This document shows positions 1-11,100 of a DNA stretch of 64,000 nt, piece by piece (position 1 is the stretch's first letter; each line of letters starts with the position of its first letter). The notes below the pieces were generated by a model, which was not told the origin of the DNA, made no database searches, and saw only the letters and a list, made by a program, of their open reading frames with translations. The stretch lies in NCBI GenBank assembly GCA_002269645.1, contig NIVC01001183.1, positions 268,206 through 332,205 of the forward strand, written 5' to 3'. The stretch is from Macrostomum lignano (taxonomy: Eukaryota). The translations under genes were made by a program, and so were the position numbers.

Positions 1-188
1 AGTGTTGTCACTTCCTAGGCCTCAATCCTGTACTCTTCTTATCTTTATAGTCGTTCAAGAAATAATCAGACTCGACAAGAAAGCATTGGAAAAAGCGCAC
101 AGAAGGTCACGAAGTGAACAAGTGTGTATTTAAGTTGCGATAGCAACGACAGTCAGTTGGGATCGTCAGGTTTGGCCAGCCGGCGGTC

Positions 189-546
189 TCAGACTGCCAA
201 GCCGAAGACGCTCACAATAACGTACATCGACTTGTCTCCATTTGATGATGCAGGACCCATCCGTCTGGCTGTCCCAGTAACAGGAGGAGGCTGTGTTCAG
301 GCCGGCGCCGTTCTTCTGCATCACCAGACAGGTCACGATGTACTTGAACGGCTTGCCCAGGCGGGTGAGCTGGTTGACGCACTGCTCGATGACTGACGAG
401 GTCCACTGGCCGACTTTGTTGTGCGAGTAGTGCGCCGTGCCGATGACGTCTTCCACGCTCTCCTTGATGATGTTGCTGACTTCGTCGACGGAGAAGCTGC
501 TCTCGTCGGTGGCTTCGAGGTTGTCCATGCCGGCTTTGAATGACAT
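189..546 (-). CDS. DYNLT1: Dynein light chain Tctex-type 1, single exon, apparent 2-nt frameshift near 235-241
   Basis: ORF 166..546 reads [53 protein letters not shown]. The canonical tail ([14 protein letters not shown], stop 189-191) is present in another frame after tggagacaag. Confidence 0.9.
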
Positions 547-839
547 GAATTCGGTTCGAAATGGTTCCTGACTGTTTTTAGTATTTTAAAGTTACGGGCA
601 GCTAAATGCATACGATTGGAAACAATAAATTTGTATCCAGCATAAATATAAATAAATAAATATTTATTTATTATTATAATATTAAATTATAATAATTATT
701 ATTATATTAAAATATTTATTATTATAAATATTCATTATTTATTTAGCATTGAAGAAAAAGTCGATAAGCAAATCCTATGGTTACACCAGTGGTACATGTA
801 ATTCCCAGAAATTTCCAAGTATTGATTTTGCATTAGCAA

Positions 840-1199
840 ATAAAATATCTTAACTTAGCCGAGGAGACTAAATGATAATGAATACTGAAGGAAATACAAA
901 CAGAATTCTAAATGATCAGTTTAGCCAAGCAAATCTACAAGGACGTGATAATGCGCAAGGAAATCTCCAAGGACATGTGCATACAATCATAGCTAAAAAG
1001 TGCTAAAAAGTGACACAACTTATCGAAATTGATAAAATATCGTTCCAGTAGTCGTTAACAATATTTTAGGTCTTTAGAATTTAGTCTTTATAATTTCTGA
1101 TCAAATGGTGCAATTTCGAGGAAAATCGGTTGAGCCGTTTTTTCTCCAATCGAACACATAGATAGATAGACACAGACAGACCATTTTTAGTATATGGAT
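840..1199 (+). mobile_element. Possible non-autonomous Helitron/DINE-like element 3' end (left boundary uncertain)
   Basis: aaaatcggttgagccgtttt followed by a GATA/GACA microsatellite and catttttagtatatggat resembles DINE-1/Lep1-type 3' ends (pattern recall, not a search). Confidence 0.3.
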
Positions 1200-2384
1200 A
1201 TTAATTGTTATCAATAAAGGCAGAAAATTCATCAGTGGATCTTAATATTATTGACAAAGATAAAGATTCAAAATGTTTTTTACTTTTTATTTCATATTTT
1301 TTGGCGTAATAGTTCAATTGTTGCCGAGTTTCCTAGAAAACTTTACTAATTGTTTCACTGAATGCAGTGTTTTTTTAGAAAAAATTGCCCTTAACTACTA
1401 AGCTATGTTGTGAATCAAGAATACTTAATTCATATTAGTTTCTACAATGCAGTACATAGCCCATGTCATCCCTGAATACAAATTGTCTCTTCAAACCTGT
1501 CTTTCTTGAATGAACTTGTAAATTGCTAAAAGATAGTTTTTAATTAATAAAAAAGTTTTTTTAACTGCTTTATGACCTTTAGTAGATCAAGATTTTCATT
1601 TTTAGTATATGGATTTAGAATACTAGATATAAGTTGTGCAAGTGAAGCTGAGCTGATAAATTAAATTTCTTTGTTACATTTAGTTTAGTTAATTTTCTGC
1701 ATAATAGTGGAAAGTAACTTGATGAAGTTCTATAAACGAATAGATATAAAATGGGTAACTTATGCTCATTTATGCACGGAATATTCACTGAGGAAAATGT
1801 AACAAAATAAATGTAACTAAAAACATATTTTAGTCAAAAAGATTTGAATAGCAAAGTCAAAATATAGACACGATGTATACTAACAACACAAAAAAGCATT
1901 GATTTTTTAATATTTAAAGCAGTTTATAATATGGTAATAATATATATAGAGATAGCAGCGCACAAATGCCTTTTGTTTTCTGTAGAGATTGCTTTATGCT
2001 TTAGTTTGTTTTATTATATCTACAGTTTAAATTGTGAATTTTTTTCGTGTTACGTTAAAAATATTAGATGCATGTACTCGTACATGTATGCACGTGCATG
2101 TTTAAAAATCGGTAAATAATTCTCGATTTTTTAAATAGCTTAAAGCAGAAGGCTTTTCTTTGCAATTTCATATTGTAAGGCTCTAATTAGTTCCCTCCCA
2201 ATTGGAGTTATACCCCTTTCAAAAATCTCATACAGCTATCTTACGCGGGTTACGCCACTGAGACAACTTGGTTCCAACTTGCGCGTATTTTACTTGACTG
2301 GGTTTTCCTTGATTTAGCTGTTGGATGGTTCGTTTGACTCGGTTAAAACTGGCTAGTATCTTTTATTTTTATTACGGGATATTA

Positions 2385-3016
2385 CCAAGGACCACTAGAA
2401 GAAGAAGGACGGGACACTTCGTTTCTTGGAAAATTTATTAAAGGCTGATTTTCACGAAAAAATGCACTAGCGAGATAGGAACATTTCACTTTTTTCACTT
2501 TAAAATGGTGATAGCTTTTTTTTGGAAGCAGATACAAAGCTCTTCTTTTGATATAACTTACAAAACATGTTGCTTCGTCGGATTTTATAAAGATTTTTTT
2601 ATGAATAATTGATCTTCATATTATTTTAGTTACTAGCTATAACATGCAGCAATTATAGTCTAAAGCTAGGCCTTAAGACTAACTTTAATTTTACAATATC
2701 TGTTTAATCGAATGCATCTATTTATTAGCAATATATCATTAAAAAACAGTTTTAGCTTTAGACTTTATAACTATAAAATAATATGAAGATCAATTATTCA
2801 TGAAAATTTTTTATAAAATCCGTCGAAGCAACATGTTTTGTAAGTTATATCAAAAGAAGAGCTTTGTATCTGCTTCCAATAAAAAACTATCACCATTTGA
2901 AAGTGAAAAAGTGAAATGTTCATATCTCGCTTAGTGCATTTTTTCGTGAAAATCTGCCTTTAATAAATTTTCCAAGAAACGAAGTGTCCCGTCCTTCTTC
3001 TTCTAGTGGTCCTTGG
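2385..3016. mobile_element. Foldback-type MITE, 632 bp, ~265-285 bp inverted arms, 6-bp TSD ATATTA
   Basis: Starts ccaaggaccactagaagaagaaggacgggacac and ends with its exact reverse complement gtgtcccgtccttcttcttctagtggtccttgg. The arms stay similar for ~270 bp. atatta flanks both ends (2379-2384, 3017-3022). Confidence 0.85.
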
Positions 3017-3923
3017 ATATTACATGTACATAATGTAATTGTTTTATTTACTTTAATTTAAGGCAGTTTACTTTTGTTTAGAATTCGATATCTAATTAAA
3101 AAACAGAATTTTTGAAGCCTTTCTGCAACCCTTGTGAGCATATTTATTATTCATTCACGCTGCCACCGTAGAGCATGTGAACTCAGCAAGTCTTTCAATA
3201 ATTTTTGTTCAGATGCAGGATTAAGCATGCACATTTGGCCGTGATGATTGCGGACGTTTAAGTGAAAATGTGCATATGTGTTTTTCAATTTGTGCATTCA
3301 TATATTTGTTATGTCAACTACCGGTTAGCAGCGCACCGAGGTGCAAAAATGTTTGTACATGTACATCATGCGTACACAAGCTTCACAGATTGCAGTCGGT
3401 TCGGTGTGCGCCTCAGCTCCGCGCACTCGCGGCCAGTTCAGGCATCGACAAGTCGGAATCCGCCCGGATGGACAGGCCGGAGCTGCGCGCCATCAGCGGA
3501 CGAGACAGCTGCAGAGCAGGGGGTGAAGGTGCATGGCGGTTCTGTAAGACTGTAGCCCTACATGTAGCTTATCAGGATGGCAGTCCAGTAGTCAAATCTA
3601 TACATGTACATGGCGGTAGCTCGTAGACGCAATGGAGAATTGCGGGGTTTAACATATCAATCAATTAAGAAGTTAAACAATTTGTACACGCACTAACTTA
3701 CATGTATAAATAATCCGTGAAAATTTAACAATACATGTAGATGTATAACAGTAATGTAAAAGTACATGTATACCAATCATGATGTGTACACACTAAAATC
3801 GGGGTATCCGCGCCCATGTATATCTCACTTCAACTACATGTAAATGTGGATGGCCTACGCTGCCGATGTAGGTCTTTGCAGTTTATTCATTTCCGGTCCG
3901 TCCTGACTTGACCGCCATGCGCA

Positions 3924-4442
3924 TCAGGAACTGACAGACACCGGATTTTCTGCTTGCCAGTTGGCGACCTCCCGCTGCGCACAGCAAAGCCTTAGGAAGA
4001 AGCTGCATCCCCCAACCCAACCTGTCCACGCAGACCGCGGCCCGCAGACCGAACTCACAAAGTCGTCCAGGGCGTCCCAGCGCCGACGGAGGCGCTGAAG
4101 GCCGGCAACGGCGGCCGAGCAGCCGGCGACCAGCAGGGAGACGCCGCCGACCCCGCAGAGCAGCAGGAAGGCCAGCTTGAAGCGGACCTCGCAGCGCACG
4201 GTAGGTCGCGGGCCGCCGCCCTCGGCGCAGCAGTAGCCGTAGGTCAGCGCGCTGTCGGTGAAGTTCACCGCCGACACCGCCGCCGCGCCTCGCCGAGACG
4301 GCAAGCCGGCGCTGCACAGCTGCTCAGCCATGGTGGCGTCCTCCGCTGACGCCGCAGGCTGCTGCGACTGCGCTGTGGCAGAAATTCCGACCAGCGCAGC
4401 CAGCAGCAGTGAGAGGCCGGCTCGCAGCATCCACAGCTTCAT
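3924..4442 (-). CDS. Orphan type-I membrane protein (signal peptide, small Cys-containing ectodomain, one TM); possible spliced last exon 3508-3438
   Basis: MKLWMLRAGLSLLLAALVGISATA is signal-like; ectodomain has C, CC, C; hydrophobic FKLAFLLLCGVGGVSLLVAGCSAAVAGL is followed by basic QRLRRR. GC-rich coding-like composition. Donor at 4021 and acceptor at 3509 are phase-compatible. Confidence 0.6.
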   Translation of the reverse strand: MKLWMLRAGLSLLLAALVGISATAQSQQPAASAEDATMAEQLCSAGLPSRRGAAAVSAVNFTDSALTYGYCCAEGGGPRPTVRCEVRFKLAFLLLCGVGGVSLLVAGCSAAVAGLQRLRRRWDALDDFVSSVCGPRSAWTGWVGGCSFFLRLCCAQREVANWQAENPVSVSS

Positions 4443-5113
4443 CAGGACTCAAAGCAGCGCAAAGAATGTTTTTTACTGAGCCCAAAAAAAAAATCGCCGG
4501 GACTTACGCGAAACCCCGGCTAATGCGATGATTGATATAAACCCGCAACACTCCATAGGCTTCACTGGGGGCTCCGCCCATGACAGCTCAAGACCGCAGA
4601 AATCGATATGAAATCAAAGCGGCTTTCACTGCCCGGATATATTGAGCAGCAGTGGCAGTCTGACAGCAGTTTAGCTAGTGCGTTGCTGCAGTGTATTTCG
4701 GAGGTGAAGTAGTTAGTAAAAATATAAATAGAAGCATAAGCAGATCCAGTCAGACCGGGATAAATAGCTGTATAAAAAGCACGTTGAAGCGCGGGTGGCA
4801 CACGCAGACTCTCCGGATAAAATTCAATATGGAAAATTGTCACAAAACGGCGTGAGAGGGTAATTGAAATTTCTGTCACTAAAAGTGTGAAATAGAAAGT
4901 CGCAGTCTAGCGAAGATAACAACAGTTTAATCCAACAAAAATGAGCACCACAGGTCAGTGCTTGCTTTGATTTTGATTTGAGAACAGCGGCCAACACAGA
5001 AAAACTTGGAGAAAGCAGCACACAGCAGAAATGGCATGACAGAAGCGGAGGAACAAGTTAAAATGAGTAAAACTGTTGGTTAAAAACGGGAATGCTGCTG
5101 TTAAAAACTCCGC

Positions 5114-8100
5114 TTAGCGCAGCTCCGGGAACTCCTCGTCTCGGACGCTGAATGGCCGGTGAAACCCGGCGGTGGCTCCGGCCGCCTGCGGCTGCTGTCG
5201 GCGCTCGGGCGGCCCGGGCTGCCAGTCCCAGCCGGACTGCCGGGCGCGCCGCTGCGGCCAGAAGCACCGCAGGTCCGGGCGCCACGCGAACCGAAGGCTG
5301 GAGTCGTCCGGCAGGCCCGACCGGTTGAGCCGGCGCCGGTCGCCTGTCCGGTCCGGGAAGTCGTCCGGGTGGGCCGGGATGCAGCCGCTGCGGTCCAGGC
5401 GGTCCAGCAGGCACGACCACATCCGGTTGGTGCGCAGCAGGCTGCGGTTGCCTGCGGCGGCGGGGTGGCAGCGGGCGACGGATGAATGCTGAGTGTCTGC
5501 TGAGTGACTGCTGAGTGACTGCTGTGCGTATGCTGTGTTTATGCTGTGTCCGCTAAATGTATGTGTCTGATGTGTCTGCTGTATCTGATGTGTGGGCTGT
5601 GTCTGTTGTGTATGCTGTGTTTTATGCGTCTGATGTGTCTGCTGAGTGTCTCATGTGTCTGCTGTGTGTCTGCTGTGTGTCTCATGTGTCTGTCGTGTCT
5701 GTTGTGTCTGCTGTGTGTCTCATGTGTCTGCTGTGTGTCTCATGTGTCTGTCGTGTCTGTTGTGTCTGCTGTGTGTCTCATGTGTCTGCTGTGTGTCTGC
5801 TGTGTGTCTGCTGTGTGTTTCATGTGTCTGATGTATCTGCTGAGTGTCTGCTGTGTGTTTCATGTGTCCGATGTATCTGCTGAGTGTCTGCTGTGTGTCT
5901 CATGTGTCTGCTGTGTCTTATGCGTGTCTTCTGTGTTTCTGCTGTGAGGCTGTTCCCTCCCGTTCCTATCCTGATCCCCAAGAATTTATTTCCGCTTCCT
6001 AAAAAGTCCTAATAGAAAAGCTGCCCCACCCCAGCCGCCAGCAGTCTCGAACTCACCAATGATGATGAGGCCGCGCCTGGCCCTGGTCAGAGCCACATTA
6101 ATCTGATTCTCATCCGTGATGAAGCCCAGGTACTTGTTCTCCCAGCCTGGCAGCGGGCACTTGGGGATCTCGTACTCCGGCAGAGACCGCACCAGCGATA
6201 GAATGACGTAATCAAATTCGCTGCCTGCGGCGTTAATGAGAGATAACTTAGTTATATTGACTACGCTACATATCGGCAGCCTGACAGACTTACCCTGGCT
6301 GGCAATGACAGTCTGCACCGCGGGATTGGCGAATCCCTCCTGCTGCAGCTTCTGCTTGATGACGCTGACCTGGTAGCGGTACTGCGACAGCACCCCGATG
6401 GAGCTCTCGACAAACCTGCGCGAACTCAGCCGCTGCATGATGTTCTTGTAGATGCGCACCTGCGGTGGGGTGGCGGGGTTGGGCGTGAGCAGGGCGGGAT
6501 CCTCAGGTTCATGTTCAGGTCCGATGGGTCAGTGAACCTCATATCCCATGGGTCAGTGAACCTCAGATCCCATGGGTCAGTGAACCTCATATTCCATGGG
6601 TCAGTGAACCTCATATTCCATGGGTCAGTGAACCTCAGATCCCATGGGTCAGTGAACCTCAGATCCCATGGGTCAGTGAACCTCATATTCCATGGGTAAA
6701 TCGTCACCAAACCTTAAAGACCTCCCGAACTCCTGATGCACAAAAGCATAAAATTCACCAACAGTTGCAGATATTTTGATAAATAATATCGATATCTACA
6801 ATAAGTAGCAAAAAACTCTTATGCCTACTGCCAACCTGCAGTAAGTAGTGCAAATGGCGCATTTTTTGGGTTCGAAAACGAAAATGTCTGGGCAGGAGTG
6901 TGCGGGCACGTAGCCCAGCCAAATGCGGTGCAATAGAAAATGGCAGTTTCCAAGAAAATCTGCAGAAACGCGTCAGGGATAAAAATAGACTTGGTCAACA
7001 GCTGGCGCTGGCTGCAGTGTACAGCGGTGCAACACAGATATGCGCAACTCAGCACTGCGCTGCGTGCCAGCTGGTCTCCAGCGATAAGCCAAGAGTGTTA
7101 ATAATTGTCCTCCTATACTCGTAAGTGCAGACTGATTGCTGAGCGCAAAGTTCATGTGCACTTTTTTGGTTTAACATTTTGATCCAGAGTTTGTGCGCAA
7201 TGGCATGTTTGACCAGCCTACGCACAATTCATGCTCCATTTGCCTTGCCTCAATATTTAACTGAATGCTCATCTTTTTTTAGAAACAAACCTGCCCCAGC
7301 CTCCATCATCAAGCAGGCCCAGACTTACCGCACTCTCAGCCTCCCTCATCATCAAGCAGTCTCAGCCTCCCTCATCATCAAGCAGTCCCAGCCTCCCTCA
7401 TCACCAAGCAGTCCCAGCCTCCCTCATCACCAAGCAGTCCCAGACTCACCGCAGTCTCAGCCTCCCTCATCATCAAGCAGTTCCAGACTCACCGCAGTCT
7501 CAGCCTCCCTCATCATCAAGCAGTTCCAGACTCACCGCAGTCTCAGCCTCCCTCATCATCAAGCAGTCCCAGACTCACCGCAGTCTCAGCCTCCCTCATC
7601 ATCAAGCAGTCCCAGACTCACCGCAGTCTCAGCCTCCCTCATCATCAAGCAGTCCCAGACTCACCGCAGTCTCAGCCTCCCGCTCGTTGCAGCGCGAGTC
7701 CTCGTGCCCCTCGTCGCTGGCCACGGTGGTCCGCTTCTCCTTGCCGGCGATGTGCAAGAAGACGACCCGCTCCTCCTCGCCCATGGGATGCAGATCCCCC
7801 ACATGCGCATCGGGCATTGTTGAGTAGACAAATCCCTGCTCCACACAGCGCTGCCGGGTTCGAACCCCGGCCAGCAGCCGTACAGAACGTTGGCGTTGGT
7901 GGCCAGCATTCGCTCGTAGGCGCTGTCCTCAGCCAGCAGGTGCGTGTTGACGCCGTTCCAGTAGCGGCCGGCGTCCTTGCGGATGTTGCCGTAGGGCTTC
8001 AGGCCGGTCCAGGACGGCGAGCGGCGGGTCTGCAGGCCGGGGCCGTTCGGCTGGCCGTCCTGGCCGCTGACGTTGTAGAAATACTCGGCGGGGAAGTCAG

Positions 8101-8140
8101 CCAGGCTGGGGTGCTGCGGGTATTCGTGTGGCATGCCGAA

Positions 8141-8192
<52 letters not shown>

Positions 8193-11100
8193 TTAATATC
8201 TATCTATCTAGCCAATATATTTGCTTTTAAACCCGTAAAAATAAACCCCGACGAAGGCCAGGATCTGGCCGAAATTATCGGTTCTTTTCGAATAATAGAC
8301 AACTGGCAAACTTCAATCTTCCGTGTGCGTGGTGTGCAGTTTCAAACTGCCTTATGCATATCTATCTATCCGCTGTGCCCAACCCGACACGAGAGAGGCG
8401 GTCTAGCATCAATCGTCCCCTGCTTATCCCAGCTCATATTTCATAAATTTGTCAGAACCGAAAGTCAGTAGAGGCGGCTCAACGAGCAGCATCCAGGCTG
8501 ATGTCGGCTCTGAAATTACACGCTTTTAATTGCTTTCACCTGCCAAGACTCAAAATCGCCTACCCGAAACGAAACCCACCCAGAACAGGTTTTGCGTCAT
8601 CGTCCATCGTCCCGCAGCCAGCGCTGAGGCAATTCTGCCCGTTCCACTGACTCCTGAGCACACAAAGCGCGCAACACATAGGCATGTACATCCAGTGTCT
8701 GGGGGCTGGCCCTCACGGGTGAGTCGGCACGATAACCACTAGCCAAATTAAATTAACTAAATTAAACTAAAATTAACGCTCTAAATTAACGCGCAAGACT
8801 CAGTGCATACCATTCTGTACTGGTAGCGCAGCATGATCATGTTGTCGGACTGGTACTCCAGGAACGACTTGCGCAGGCCCAGCAGGGCGGCCGTCTTGTT
8901 CTGGATGATGGGGCACAGCTGCTTGTGGTCGCCGATCAGCACCAGCCGTTCGGCATAGTGCGACCCCAGCCTTGTCGGCATCTCCGCGCCGCTGTCGTCC
9001 ACGCTGCCGGCCGGTGCCGCCCGAAGGTAGCCGACAACCGGCACGAGAGTCTCCGGCTGGGTGCACATGCCGGCCTCGTCGATGATGATCTGGCAGAAGC
9101 GGCAGGACTTCTGCAGCAGGCCGGACGAGCTGACGGAGGTGGTGCACAGGACGACCTCGAAGCGCTGCAGGGCGACGGACTTGGCGTCCGAGAGCGCCAC
9201 CCGGTACAGCTGCGTGATGGTGGACAGGTCCATGTCCCACGGCTGCAGCGGCTCGTTCCGCGTGGGATCAGTGAGCAGAGCGTACTCACGCAGGTGCGCC
9301 CTCAGGTACTTGTCCAAGTCAGGCAGCGAGGGCAGCATCTGGCAGTTTTGGAGTAAATGAAAAGCAGCTGGTGTTTTACCTGCTTTGCAGCAATGCATCA
9401 TCGATTTTGAATAAACAAAGTTCCAGGTACACGGGTTCGCCTCACATCTCACAGGTATCTCAAAGCACTACAGGTGAGTCCGGACACTTGTTACTAACTA
9501 AGGAGGTGACTTTAGTTTACTTTAGTGTTTAGTGTCACAAGAGCATTGACCCACCCGCCTCAAACAGACTGGCGCTGACCTGCACAAGAGCATTGACCCA
9601 CCCGCCTCAAACAGACTGGCGCTGACCTGCACAAGAGCATTGACCCACCCGCCTCAAACAGACTGGCGCTGACCTGCACAAGAGCATTGACCCACCCGCC
9701 TCAAACAGACTGGCGCTGACCTGCACAAGAGCATTGACCCACCCGCCTCAAACAGACTGGCGCTGACCTGCACAAGAGCATTGACCCACCCGCCTCAAAC
9801 AGACTGGCGCTGACCTGCACAAGAGCATTGACCCACCCGCCTCAAACAGACTGGCGCTGACCTGCACAAGAGCATTGACCCACCCGCCTCAAACAGACTG
9901 GCGCTGACCTGCACAAGAGCATTGACCCACCCGCCTCAAACAGACTGGCGCTGACCTGCACAAGAGCATTGACCCACCCGCCTCAAACAGACTGGCGCTG
10001 ACCTGCACAAGAGCATTGACCCACCCGCCTCAAACAGACTGGCGCTGACCTGCACAAGAGCATTGACCCACCCGCCTCAAACAGACTGGCGCTGACCTGC
10101 ACAAGAGCATTGACCCACCCGCCTCAAACAGACTGGCGCTGACCTGCACAAGAACATTCCGAAATGCGCCGGCCGATTTCACTCTGCGCTGCAGGAAGCT
10201 GCGGAAAATTTTGTCGAACGATTTGAGCAGGCGGGCCGACTTTCCGTTGCCGGTGCGCACGACCTCGTGCAGGGTGACCGGCTCCAGCTCGGCCGAGATC
10301 TCCGTCTCCGCGTTCACCTTCGACTTGGAGCCCTCGCCGGGCACCGGGTAGCGCCGCTGCTCGATCTGCTCGCTGGCCACGCGGACAATGCGCGGACACT
10401 TCAGGCGCAGCCGGTTCTGCAGGTAGGTCGCCACAACGTCCACAGACGCGTTGGACGGCCCGCAGTACAGCACCTGCCGCCGAGTCTGCAACTCCTTGCT
10501 CTTGTCCCGACCTTTGGCGCACATTTTCTTCTTCACGGGCTGCTTCGGCTGCCGGGCTTCTTTCGGCTGAGCCTCGATGCCCATCTCCTCGTACCGGATG
10601 CGCACGTCCGCGTCCGCCGCGTCCTCGTCCTCCACAGCTTCCTCGTCTTCCTGGTCGTCGTCCATCGCATCGTAGTAATCGTCGGCCTCGTGCCAGGTGT
10701 CGTCGATGCAGCGGTTGATGAACACGTACCAGTAGGTGAGCATGATGCCGGTGGAGGTCTTGCCGGTGCCTGCGAGTCGGAGAGCATTAGTGCAACAAGG
10801 TCATTAGTGCAAGGGTATTAGTCCAATAGTGTGAACACGTTTAGTCTAAAAAAATGATGGGAATTCTTTTGAGCGTCGCTTCCTGAGGAGCGTAACGAAC
10901 CTGGAGGCTTCCTTGGATACAACTATGTGAGCATGAGTGCTCAAGGGTCAGGGTAGTCTTACTGTGGACCAGAAGTTGCACCAAGGCCAGCAGTGCAAAT
11001 AAATAAAAAATAAGGACAATCATTTACCTGGCGGGCCCCAGATAAGCGTCACTGGCTGGGTCATTGCTTTGGAGATGGCCTTCTCTTGGCTGTCATTGCA

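Noticed and set aside
9340-9480. Extra HELZ2 exon suggested by the 5' part of ORF 8781..9452
   Set aside because: No phase-compatible acceptor/donor pair; direct splicing from 10143 to 9339 keeps the frame.
9537-10153. CRISPR-like appearance of the 47-bp and 32-bp arrays
   Set aside because: Head-to-tail repeats without unique spacers, no cas genes, eukaryotic introns.
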